Part shown: positions 55,981-64,000 of the stretch, piece after piece
Position numbering within the stretch: position 1 is the stretch's first letter
How the letters are laid out: each line of letters starts with the position of its first letter
Assembly (NCBI GenBank): GCA_965215515.1
Contig: OZ244057.1
Location: 1,088,001 to 1,152,000 of the forward strand
Length of the DNA: 64,000 nucleotides
Source of the DNA: Oligoflexales bacterium
GTDB taxonomy: Bacteria > Bdellovibrionota_B > Oligoflexia > Oligoflexales > JAPPIL01
Direction of reading: 5' to 3'
The notes under the pieces: model-generated
What the model saw: the letters and a program-made list of their open reading frames with translations, nothing else
What the model was told of the DNA's origin: nothing
The model's database searches: none
Made by a program: the position numbers and the translations under genes

Positions 55981-56110
55981 GATATAAAGCATCCTCGTTG
56001 CACGACAGCCTATAATAGAGTATCGTCGCGCCAGCGCGGCTGTGTGTAAATCAGTTTTGCCCGACCGTTCTTTGGTGATCACGCAAAAATCCAGTTAAGA
56101 TGTTGGAATT

Positions 56111-57289
56111 GTGAAACTATTATTTAAACTGATCGCTACTTGCCCCACCGAGAGCAGAACATTACTGGCGGAAGAGCTGCGGCAGATGGGGGCGACTGAC
56201 ATCATGGCAGATTTTCGTTCCGTCTACTTCAGTGCCGATGTGTCCGTGTACTACGAAGTGCATCTCCGCTTGCGCACCGCTAGCGGTCTCTTCCGTATCC
56301 TCAAGACGGTGCGTGCCCCGACGGAAGAAATGCTGAGCAATCAGAGTGCACGCATCGCGTGGCCACAGCTGTTCGATGGTGAGCATTCATTCCGCGTCGA
56401 TGGTATCGATGCCGATCGTAGCGGATGCGGGATGGCGGGTAACGTCATCAGTAAAAAAATAAAAGAAGGTATCTTGCGCAGCTTTCGCCAGAAAAATAGC
56501 CCCCCGCCCGCGGTCGCGCTGAAAAACCCGCGGGTGTTAGTTATCGGCTACAACCAACGTTACAAGTGCACCATCAGTGTCGATACCGCGGGTCAGAGCC
56601 TGCACAAGCGCGGCTACCGCGGTGCAGGCACACATCCCGCCCCGCTGAAGGAAACGCTAGCCGCGGCCATCTTGCAGCAGATCGGCTATCGCGGGCGCAA
56701 ACCGCTGCTCGATATGATGTGCGGCAGCGGCACTATCGCCATCGAAGCGGCGATGATCGCTTTACGGCAGGCTCCGCTGCTACAACGCCCCGCGGGGGTG
56801 TTCGGCTTCGAGCGGTTATTGGATTTCAACCCTGAGCTATGGCGTGCGACGAGGGAACGACTGCAACGCGAGACTCGCCCCAAGCTCAGTGCTCCGATTT
56901 TCGCGTCGGACATCGAAGACAACTACGTACAATTGGCACGTGCCAATGCTGCCCGTGCGGGCGTGGCGCAGTTCATCGCATTCTCCACCTGCCCTTTCGC
57001 CGAAGTGCGGGTGGATTGTGCTCCTGGCATCGTTATCGCCAACCTTCCCTACGGCGATCGCATGGCTGCGGGAGACGGTTTGACGGAGTTGTATGGCAGG
57101 ATGGGCGACTTCCTGAAACGCAATTTCTCTGGCTGGGAGGCCGTGCTGATTACCGCGACCTACAGTCCGTGGCGCAGTATAGGCCTCCATCCGCGCAAAA
57201 AATTCAAGTTTTTCAACGGCAAGATAGAAATCACCGTGCTGGTCTTTGAGCTTTACGCGGGCAGTCGCAGGAGAATCGTTCGTAGCTAG
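56111..57289 (+). CDS. rlmL: THUMP-domain rRNA guanine-N2 methyltransferase (RlmL-like)
   Basis: SLHKRGYR, APLKETLAAA, DMMCGSGTIAIEAA, NLPYG. Confidence 0.88.
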   Translation: MKLLFKLIATCPTESRTLLAEELRQMGATDIMADFRSVYFSADVSVYYEVHLRLRTASGLFRILKTVRAPTEEMLSNQSARIAWPQLFDGEHSFRVDGIDADRSGCGMAGNVISKKIKEGILRSFRQKNSPPPAVALKNPRVLVIGYNQRYKCTISVDTAGQSLHKRGYRGAGTHPAPLKETLAAAILQQIGYRGRKPLLDMMCGSGTIAIEAAMIALRQAPLLQRPAGVFGFERLLDFNPELWRATRERLQRETRPKLSAPIFASDIEDNYVQLARANAARAGVAQFIAFSTCPFAEVRVDCAPGIVIANLPYGDRMAAGDGLTELYGRMGDFLKRNFSGWEAVLITATYSPWRSIGLHPRKKFKFFNGKIEITVLVFELYAGSRRRIVRS

Positions 57290-59487
57290 GCAGAATCCTG
57301 TTCCGTAGTGCTGCCCTCGCTGCCACTGAGGGGCAGTTCGACGACGAACTCCGTGCCCTCGGCAAGACGTTCCAGTCTGATCACACCGCGGTGTTTGGCC
57401 ACGATGTCGTGCGAGAGTGATAGACCGAGCCCCGTGCCTTTGTCGGTGGGTTTGGTGGTGAAGAAGGGGTCGAAGACCTTCTTCACGAGTTTTTCAGGGA
57501 TACCCAAACCGTTGTCTCGTACCCTGATCTCCGCCAGCGGAGAGTGGTCATCGCCTGTTTTTTTGGTTGTTACCCAAACTGTCGGGCGGTAGTCGCTACC
57601 TGCCTCGCCCCTGAGTCTTTTTTCGTCTACCGCATCACAGGCGTTGGTCACCAGATTGAGGATAACACGCGAGATGTCCTGCGGATTTATCCTAACTTTG
57701 TCGATGCGCTCATCGTAAGATTTTTTGATGTCAACGTTAAACTCCTTGCTCGATGTGCGTTTCCCCTGATAGGCGAGATTGATCGTGCTATCGAGGAAAC
57801 GGCTGAAGACAACCTCCTCGGTCGCTCCCGAATCCCCGCCCCGTGAATGCTGCAACATACCTTTCACGATATCGTTAGCACGCTGCCCGTGGAAGTTGAT
57901 CTTCTCCATATTGCCGTAGAGATCACGCAGCACCTCCTCGATGAAGGACTTGTTTGCGGGAGGTAACTTGTCCCCTGCCTCAGTGACCTCACGGGAAATA
58001 TCTTCCAGTAACTCTCGTGATACGAGCGAAAAGTTAGTGATGAAATTCAGCGGATTCTTGATCTCGTGGGCAATACCAGAGGTTAGCTGCCCTAGCGATG
58101 CGAGTTTCTCCTGCATAATCATCTGCTGCTGTGCGTTTCTGAGCTTGAGGATGGTGCTCTCCAACGCGACATTTTTTTCTTGGTTTTCTTTGGCCAGACG
58201 CTCGACCAGTTCCAGCTTCTGTGCTTCGTAGGCATGCTGGCGAAATACCTCCAGCGAGCGACTCATGTCGGTGATCTCGTCGTTGCCGCGAATGGTTAGC
58301 GGGGTACGCAAATTGCCTTGCGATAGCGTAATCATGGTATTCGATAGGTTCTTGATTCTGCCAATTAAATTTTTGCGCACCAGAAAATTACCCACCAGAA
58401 CGGCGATAATTACTGAAATGATGTTGAGGGCAAAGAACTCGTTACGGCGATGCATTATCGCTTGAGCGAAAATATCCGAAGTGCCGCTGCTCGCATTTTG
58501 AATGCCGCTGATTAGTTTCTCGGTTTGTTGCGACAGTCCTCCGACGATGCTGTCATTGCCAGCTAGATAAGCGCTCTGACGAGCTTCTTCCTGAAACACG
58601 GCTTCCATCATCTGGAACAAACCACCTTCGGGGTCATTGTCGTTGTCGGCATCACCTAACCCCAAAGATCTGATAACCTCGTAGCTTCCGCGTGCTTGCT
58701 GTTGCAGCTCACCGTCGGTAATGTGCAACAGCATATGTGCACAGGTATCGACTGCGGCACGAAAACGTTCTCGCAGAGGCTGAATCAGGTCGCCGTTACT
58801 GACCTGCACCGTTTCACCGAGCAGGTTGGCCGCACGTTGTGACTGCGAGCGCAGCGTCATCAAACTACGGTAGTAGCTGACCGCATCGCCGCGCAAACGC
58901 CGCGCAGGAGGAACAGGCCGCGGTTGGTTAATTGTCTTCCAGCCTGTGTTGAGGAAGAAGGTCTGGTTGTCGATTCCCATGAGGAGAAAATTGTCTAGGG
59001 TTCGTGCTTCTTGTAATGCTTTCTCGGTGGCTGCTTTTATCTTCCTGCGGATACCGATGGTGGTGTAGACGGACTTTTCCAGCAATGCCAAGTTGTTGAG
59101 CAGATCTGCGGAAAAACCCTTGAACTTGGTGAGCACGGCGACGTTGCTATCCGCATCGGGGTTGATCTTTGCTAGTTCTTGCAGTTCCTCATCGAGACGC
59201 TCGGCATGTGTATCGACGGTGGCTCTTACTGCACGTACCTCCCCCTCCGAGGTTGCACTGCGCAAGCGTGCCGCGGCATTCGCGAGGGCAACGCTTTCCT
59301 GCCCCATGCCGATGGCGATAGAAAGTTCAGGAATATGGTGACCAGTGATGTTTTTTTGAATGTCGTTCATCTGCAGCAACGACACTCGTCCCAGCAAACT
59401 GGTCAGCATGATCAGGGCGACGAACACGCCGAGGATCACGTACAGTTGCAACCCGATTGAAAATCTGAATTTTTTCTTTTCACCCAA
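57286..59487 (-). CDS. Sensor histidine kinase: TM, large helical periplasmic domain (TorS-like), TM, HAMP, HisKA, HATPase
   Basis: GNDEITDM (HAMP), AHEIKNPL, NLVTNACDA, DNGLGI, FDPFFTTK, GTGLGL. Confidence 0.93.
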   Translation of the reverse strand: MGEKKKFRFSIGLQLYVILGVFVALIMLTSLLGRVSLLQMNDIQKNITGHHIPELSIAIGMGQESVALANAAARLRSATSEGEVRAVRATVDTHAERLDEELQELAKINPDADSNVAVLTKFKGFSADLLNNLALLEKSVYTTIGIRRKIKAATEKALQEARTLDNFLLMGIDNQTFFLNTGWKTINQPRPVPPARRLRGDAVSYYRSLMTLRSQSQRAANLLGETVQVSNGDLIQPLRERFRAAVDTCAHMLLHITDGELQQQARGSYEVIRSLGLGDADNDNDPEGGLFQMMEAVFQEEARQSAYLAGNDSIVGGLSQQTEKLISGIQNASSGTSDIFAQAIMHRRNEFFALNIISVIIAVLVGNFLVRKNLIGRIKNLSNTMITLSQGNLRTPLTIRGNDEITDMSRSLEVFRQHAYEAQKLELVERLAKENQEKNVALESTILKLRNAQQQMIMQEKLASLGQLTSGIAHEIKNPLNFITNFSLVSRELLEDISREVTEAGDKLPPANKSFIEEVLRDLYGNMEKINFHGQRANDIVKGMLQHSRGGDSGATEEVVFSRFLDSTINLAYQGKRTSSKEFNVDIKKSYDERIDKVRINPQDISRVILNLVTNACDAVDEKRLRGEAGSDYRPTVWVTTKKTGDDHSPLAEIRVRDNGLGIPEKLVKKVFDPFFTTKPTDKGTGLGLSLSHDIVAKHRGVIRLERLAEGTEFVVELPLSGSEGSTTEQDSA

Positions 59488-59516
59488 AATCAGCTGTCCT
59501 CCCTCCTCGCCTTACT

Positions 59517-60716
59517 TCACTTTTTTTTGCGCAGCCCGACAAGGCGGCGCACTGGCGTTATCTTACCGCGATAAACACGGGTCAGAAAGACGCTATCCGA
59601 ACCTTGATTGTCCTCCTTGTCGTAGGTAAGCTGCAAGTCATCGATAGCAAACGTGGTTAACGTATGTTTGAAAGATTGCAAAAAACTGCTGTGATCGACA
59701 TCCGCCCCCGCCTTCTCTAGAGCCGCGCTCACCAGACGGCCGACGACGTAGCCCTCCAACGAGATAAAACCAGGCTTCGCCTTGGGGGCGACTGCCTGCA
59801 GTGCCTTACGGTAGTTGGCTACCAGCGGGCTGCGTAGGTTGTCGGGGGGTGGCACGACCTGTGTTACATACACGCGTGAGCGGTTTTTTTGCAGTTGGGC
59901 GGCCATCGGCGTAACCCCCGTGAACGACACGGCCATGAACACCGTCGTGCGCATACCTATCTTGTTAGCCCACTTGATGAAGGTGGCGACGGGCAGGTAC
60001 GAACCGATGGAGATGATCGCCTGTGGCTTGCCGCGTTTGATGTCGAGCAAAGCGGTTTTGACGGCGAGTGTATTGCGGCGATAAGAACCAGACGAGACGA
60101 GTTCGGTGCCCTTGACCTCCTTCACCGCAGCCTGTACCCCGCGCAATCCGTCCAAACCGTACGAATCGTTCTGATAGAGCACGGCGATGCGCCTGATGTT
60201 TAAATCCTTGCGCAATCTGATCACCATCTCTTTGGTCTCTTGGGCGTAGGAAGCACGCACGTTAATCACCGTGTTCACATGCGACGTGCGCAGGAAGGAA
60301 GCACCCGTGAACGGGCCGATGTAGAGCAGGGCGGTTTTAGCGACAATCGGCAACGCCGCTTTAGAAGTCGGTGTGCCCACACCTCCGACTAGGGTAAAAA
60401 CTTTTTCTTTCTTGATCAACTCGTGGATATTGGTGATCGTCTGTTCTGGTTCGTAGCCGTCGTCTTTGCTAATCAGACGTAGCTTGCGTCCGTGTACACC
60501 ACCGTCAGCATTCACCGCTTCGAAGGCGGCGAGAATACCGAGCCGCATATTGATGCCCAACCCTTTGGCGACACCCGTCAGTGCGGCTGTCTGCCCGATC
60601 AAAATCTCGCTATCGCTGATGCCTTGGCGAGGGTCGATCGTCATGCCCTCGCCCGTCTCCCCCCGCGCGGGGAGGACTACCAAAAACCACAGGACTGCCA
60701 CACGCCAAACCGTCAC
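59517..60716 (-). CDS. Periplasmic solute-binding protein (LivJ/Peripla_BP_6-like)
   Basis: Signal peptide, IGQTAALTG, GGVHGRKL, DDGYEP, VGTPT, VRASY, YQNDSYG. No ABC permease nearby. Confidence 0.9.
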   Translation of the reverse strand: MTVWRVAVLWFLVVLPARGETGEGMTIDPRQGISDSEILIGQTAALTGVAKGLGINMRLGILAAFEAVNADGGVHGRKLRLISKDDGYEPEQTITNIHELIKKEKVFTLVGGVGTPTSKAALPIVAKTALLYIGPFTGASFLRTSHVNTVINVRASYAQETKEMVIRLRKDLNIRRIAVLYQNDSYGLDGLRGVQAAVKEVKGTELVSSGSYRRNTLAVKTALLDIKRGKPQAIISIGSYLPVATFIKWANKIGMRTTVFMAVSFTGVTPMAAQLQKNRSRVYVTQVVPPPDNLRSPLVANYRKALQAVAPKAKPGFISLEGYVVGRLVSAALEKAGADVDHSSFLQSFKHTLTTFAIDDLQLTYDKEDNQGSDSVFLTRVYRGKITPVRRLVGLRKKK

Positions 60717-61876
60717 CGTCGTGCCCCCAGGTAACGTAACGACAGATAGGTAAGATCATCGAATTGCTGCACACCCGCGGCGAATTCTAGCACTTTACGG
60801 TAAACATGCTCATCGTGTTCTGGTAGCGACCTGCCCGCCTGACCTGCTAGCTCAGCGATCAGTCGTTCTTCGCCATATTCCTCGCCGTCGGCGTTCATCG
60901 CTTCGGTAACACCGTCGGTGTAGACAAAAATGGTATCCTGTGGCTGCATGACGGTACTCCGCTCGGAAAATTTCTCCCCCTCCGAGATACCGAGGGGGAC
61001 ATCCTCGGTAAGCGGCAGCAGTTTGCACTTCCCGTCGCGGTCGATGAAGATAGGCGGCGTATGTCCTGCGTTGGTGTAGACCATTTCGCCTGAGGCGGTG
61101 TTCAAGATACCGAGAAAGATGGTGATGAACATGCAGTTTTCGTTGTTTTCGCAGCACTTCTCGTTGATTTTGCTGAGCAGCTCACCTGTGGAGATACTCA
61201 AACCCGAAGCCATGCCCCTGATCAGGGCCTGATTGGCCATCGCAAACAACGAGGCGGGAACACCTTTGCCCGACACATCCGCGACCAGAAAGGCGGTGTG
61301 TTCCGTGTCGAGTTGGAAAAAATCATAAAAATCCCCCCCCACCTCCTTCGCGGGGGTCATGAAAGCGTGGATGTCGCAACTTTTGTGGACGTTGAAGCCG
61401 TGCGGCAGAATGGATTTCTGAATCTTGTGTGCGAGGTTCAGTTCCTTCTTCAGCACCAGCAGGTCGTCGCGGGAACGCAGCGCTTCCCGTGTCTGATTGA
61501 GATTGCGATAGCTGCGCTGGATAGTCAGCTCCATATCCTGAAAATTGATCGGTTTGGTGATAAAGTCGAACGCTCCGTTGTTCATCGCCGTGCGAATATT
61601 GTCGATATCGCTGTAAGCGGAGACGACAATCGTGCGCAGGTCGAAACCCTCCTCGCCGATCTTCTGCAAGAGTGTCAACCCGTCCATCTTGGGCATATTG
61701 ATGTCGGACAACACGATGTCGATGATTGAGTGGTTCTCACGCAACACCTCCAGCGCCTCTTCCCCGTTGCGGCTGAAGGTAAATTCCCACTCCTTGCGAT
61801 GCACTTTGCGGCGGAATTTCTGCATGATGAGGGTTTCGACATCGACCTCGTCATCCACCACCAGAATCTTTACCAT
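60713..61876 (-). CDS. Response regulator with PP2C/SpoIIE phosphatase output (RsbU-like)
   Basis: ILVVDDE, SDINMP, FITKP; VGGDFYD, ADVSGKG, YTDGVTE, DDLT. Confidence 0.94.
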   Translation of the reverse strand: MVKILVVDDEVDVETLIMQKFRRKVHRKEWEFTFSRNGEEALEVLRENHSIIDIVLSDINMPKMDGLTLLQKIGEEGFDLRTIVVSAYSDIDNIRTAMNNGAFDFITKPINFQDMELTIQRSYRNLNQTREALRSRDDLLVLKKELNLAHKIQKSILPHGFNVHKSCDIHAFMTPAKEVGGDFYDFFQLDTEHTAFLVADVSGKGVPASLFAMANQALIRGMASGLSISTGELLSKINEKCCENNENCMFITIFLGILNTASGEMVYTNAGHTPPIFIDRDGKCKLLPLTEDVPLGISEGEKFSERSTVMQPQDTIFVYTDGVTEAMNADGEEYGEERLIAELAGQAGRSLPEHDEHVYRKVLEFAAGVQQFDDLTYLSLRYLGARR

Positions 61877-61891
61877 GGCTGCTTCTCCAAT

Positions 61892-62326
61892 TTAAACGCT
61901 GGTTCTCTTGCTCAACGTGACCTTGTTGTGGCCGTTTTTTAACTGTTCATAGGCCAGCCCATCGGTTAAATTTTTGACCAGGTGAATACCCACCCCACCG
62001 ACGGGGCGGTCTTCCAGGTCGGACTGAAAATAGACTCCACTCTCCGTTTCAACGATGTTGAACGGGATCGCGTTGTCCTCGACGGTGGCGACGATCATGC
62101 CGTCTTCACCGCCGCTGAGGGCGATGTCGATCTCGATAGCCCTCTTATCCCCCCCCTGACCGTGCTTGAAAATATTGACAACCACCTCTTCGAGGCAGAT
62201 CTTGAGATCGAAGTAGACCTTGTAGTCGAGATCGTGTGTGTCACGAAATCCGTCCAGCGCTTCCATGAACGAGTCCAGCTCCTCCTTTCGTCTGAGCTTG
62301 AACAGCAGGTCATTTTTTTGTTTCAT
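61892..62326 (-). CDS. Anti-sigma factor / serine kinase (RsbW-like)
   Basis: EEVVVNIFKHG, EDNAIPFN, RPVGGVGIHLV. Confidence 0.9.
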   Translation of the reverse strand: MKQKNDLLFKLRRKEELDSFMEALDGFRDTHDLDYKVYFDLKICLEEVVVNIFKHGQGGDKRAIEIDIALSGGEDGMIVATVEDNAIPFNIVETESGVYFQSDLEDRPVGGVGIHLVKNLTDGLAYEQLKNGHNKVTLSKRTSV

Positions 62327-62461
62327 TATTTTCCCAACTCCTTTATCTAATAGTATAAGGACTCTTCTGGTACGGTTGCCTGACGAACTAGCGGTCAGCT
62401 TATGAAAATGTCACATGTGAGTTAGGAAAGCAAGCGCACATTTCTTCTAACCGCAGGAGGG

Positions 62462-63880
62462 TTGGTGTCTAAACGTAAACATGAGGGGGCAGTAGTCGTG
62501 GCTAAATTGAGAAGCGTAATGCAGTCGTTAGTCGTGTTGTTGGTAGGCTGGGGGGGAGTTTCCGGTTTCGCGCTGGCGGCTGACCCTGCGGCGGTGTCTC
62601 CTCAAACCCAATATATCCTGAATAACCTGCTGCTGTTCTTTTCCGCCGCCCTGGTGATGTGGATGGCCGCGGGTTTTTGCATGCTGGAGAGCGGGCTGGT
62701 GCGGGCGAAAAGCACCGCTATCGTGTGCCTGAAAAACCTGATGCTCTACGCGGTGGCATGTCTGGCGTATTTTATCGTCGGTTACAACATTATGTACGCG
62801 GAGTTTGGCATTTTCGTGTCGCCAGAGGCGTTCGAATTGGGGCTGATCAGCTCCCCTGAGAATGCCGCCCACCTGTCGGCAACCATTGGCCGCAGCACGT
62901 TTTCGATGACAGAGGTGTTTTTTCAGATGGTGTTCGTCGCCACCACCGCATCGATCGTTTCAGGTTCGTTGGCCGAACGTGTACGGCTGTGGTCTTTTTT
63001 GATCTTCGTTTTCATCCTGTCGGCGATCGTCTATCCGATCATCGGGGAATGGACGTGGGGCGGCGGTTGGTTAAGCGATATGGGCTTCAAAGACTTTGCG
63101 GGCTCGACGATCGTCCACTCGGTCGGTGGTTGGGCGGCGTTAGCTGGTGTTCTGCTCATCGGACCGCGGGTCGGAAAGTTCAAGTCCGACGGCACCGTCA
63201 TGCCCACGCCCGCATCTAACGTGCCGCTGGCAACGCTGGGAACCTTCATTCTCTGGCTCGGCTGGCTCGGCTTTAACGGCGGGTCGCAATTGGCACTCGG
63301 CAGTGCCGCCGATGCCGCCGCCGTCGGGCTGGTACTCTTCAACACCAACATCGCGGCCGCAGGGGGAGTGGTCACCGCAATGTTGCTCGGTGTCGTTATC
63401 CACAACCGCGTGCAGGTGCTGTGGATTTTGAACGGTGCAATCAGCGGCTTGGTTGCCATCACCGCGGGGCCTGACATCACCAACCCCATCTACGCGCTGA
63501 TCATCGGAGCTATCGGGGGATTGGTGGCAACTCTGTCCGTGCCTGTGTTTGAAAAACTTAAAATAGACGATGTCGTCGGGGCAATCCCCGCTCACCTCGT
63601 CGCGGGTATCTGGGGCACACTGGCGGTGGGGATTTTTTCCGATGACGCGACGGTGATCAACCAACTGATCGGGGTCGCCGCGATCGGCGGTTTTGTCTTC
63701 GCCTGCAGTCTCGTCGTCTGGGCGGTGCTGAAATATACGCTGGGCTTGCGCGTCTCCAAAGATAGCGAGTTTCTCGGTCAGGACATCATGGAACTCGGCA
63801 TCGAAGCTTATCCAGAGTTCCTGAGCCTCGAAGGTATCCAGTCGGAAGCGGAAGGGACTGTGGACGACAAGAAGAAGTAG
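62462..63880 (+). CDS. amt: Ammonium transporter
   Basis: GFCMLESG, FFQMVF, DFAGSTIVH, GWLGFNGGS, DDVVGAIPAH (both conserved His present). Start may be 62498. Confidence 0.96.
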   Translation: MVSKRKHEGAVVVAKLRSVMQSLVVLLVGWGGVSGFALAADPAAVSPQTQYILNNLLLFFSAALVMWMAAGFCMLESGLVRAKSTAIVCLKNLMLYAVACLAYFIVGYNIMYAEFGIFVSPEAFELGLISSPENAAHLSATIGRSTFSMTEVFFQMVFVATTASIVSGSLAERVRLWSFLIFVFILSAIVYPIIGEWTWGGGWLSDMGFKDFAGSTIVHSVGGWAALAGVLLIGPRVGKFKSDGTVMPTPASNVPLATLGTFILWLGWLGFNGGSQLALGSAADAAAVGLVLFNTNIAAAGGVVTAMLLGVVIHNRVQVLWILNGAISGLVAITAGPDITNPIYALIIGAIGGLVATLSVPVFEKLKIDDVVGAIPAHLVAGIWGTLAVGIFSDDATVINQLIGVAAIGGFVFACSLVVWAVLKYTLGLRVSKDSEFLGQDIMELGIEAYPEFLSLEGIQSEAEGTVDDKKK

Positions 63881-63887
63881 CTCCGAG

Positions 63888-63912
63888 CCACCTCCCGCTA
63901 GAGGGATGGTGG
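63888..63912 (+). terminator. Possible terminator hairpin after amt
   Basis: ccacctccc/gggatggtgg stem; no U-tract. Confidence 0.35.
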
Positions 63913-64000
63913 GGAAAGCTGCAAGGCGCGAGGATTGACGACAAAACCAAACTCGTCGGCTAATGCTCGCAGGATTACGCCGATGTCGTGCACAGGATGT

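Noticed and set aside
62368..62384. Possible sigma54 promoter upstream of amt (TGGTACGGTTGC)
   Set aside because: The GG-N10-GC spacing is not met.

Overview
Bacterial chromosomal window, mostly coding. The gene content (pilMNOPQ followed by a TPR gene, aroQ and PrkA; many orphan lipoproteins; a sigma54-type activator) suggests Bdellovibrionota/Oligoflexia or another deltaproteobacterial-like lineage; this is inference only. Housekeeping genes include HU, gltX, gpmI, a CBS-type cysteine synthase, aroQ, grxD, truA, a birA-coaX fusion, mreD-mrdA, an RlmL-like methylase, two peptide ABC transporter clusters and an Amt ammonium transporter. No rRNA, tRNA, CRISPR array or intact transposase was seen. 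The most notable observations are: (1) a coupled RsbW-kinase / REC-PP2C / solute-binding protein / TorS-like histidine kinase operon transcribed divergently from amt, a candidate ligand-sensing partner-switching system; (2) a 146-bp MITE with 17-bp TIRs at the junction of a local tandem duplication that truncated one HU copy; (3) a five-gene operon of Cys-rich orphan lipoproteins; (4) a 1107-aa lipoprotein PilQ with large acidic N/Q-rich repeat tracts; (5) orphan secreted proteins, two of which share a TTGACA-N15-TATACAAG promoter; (6) a candidate structured RNA at 4476-4612. All family assignments come from motif recognition by eye; no database searches were run.
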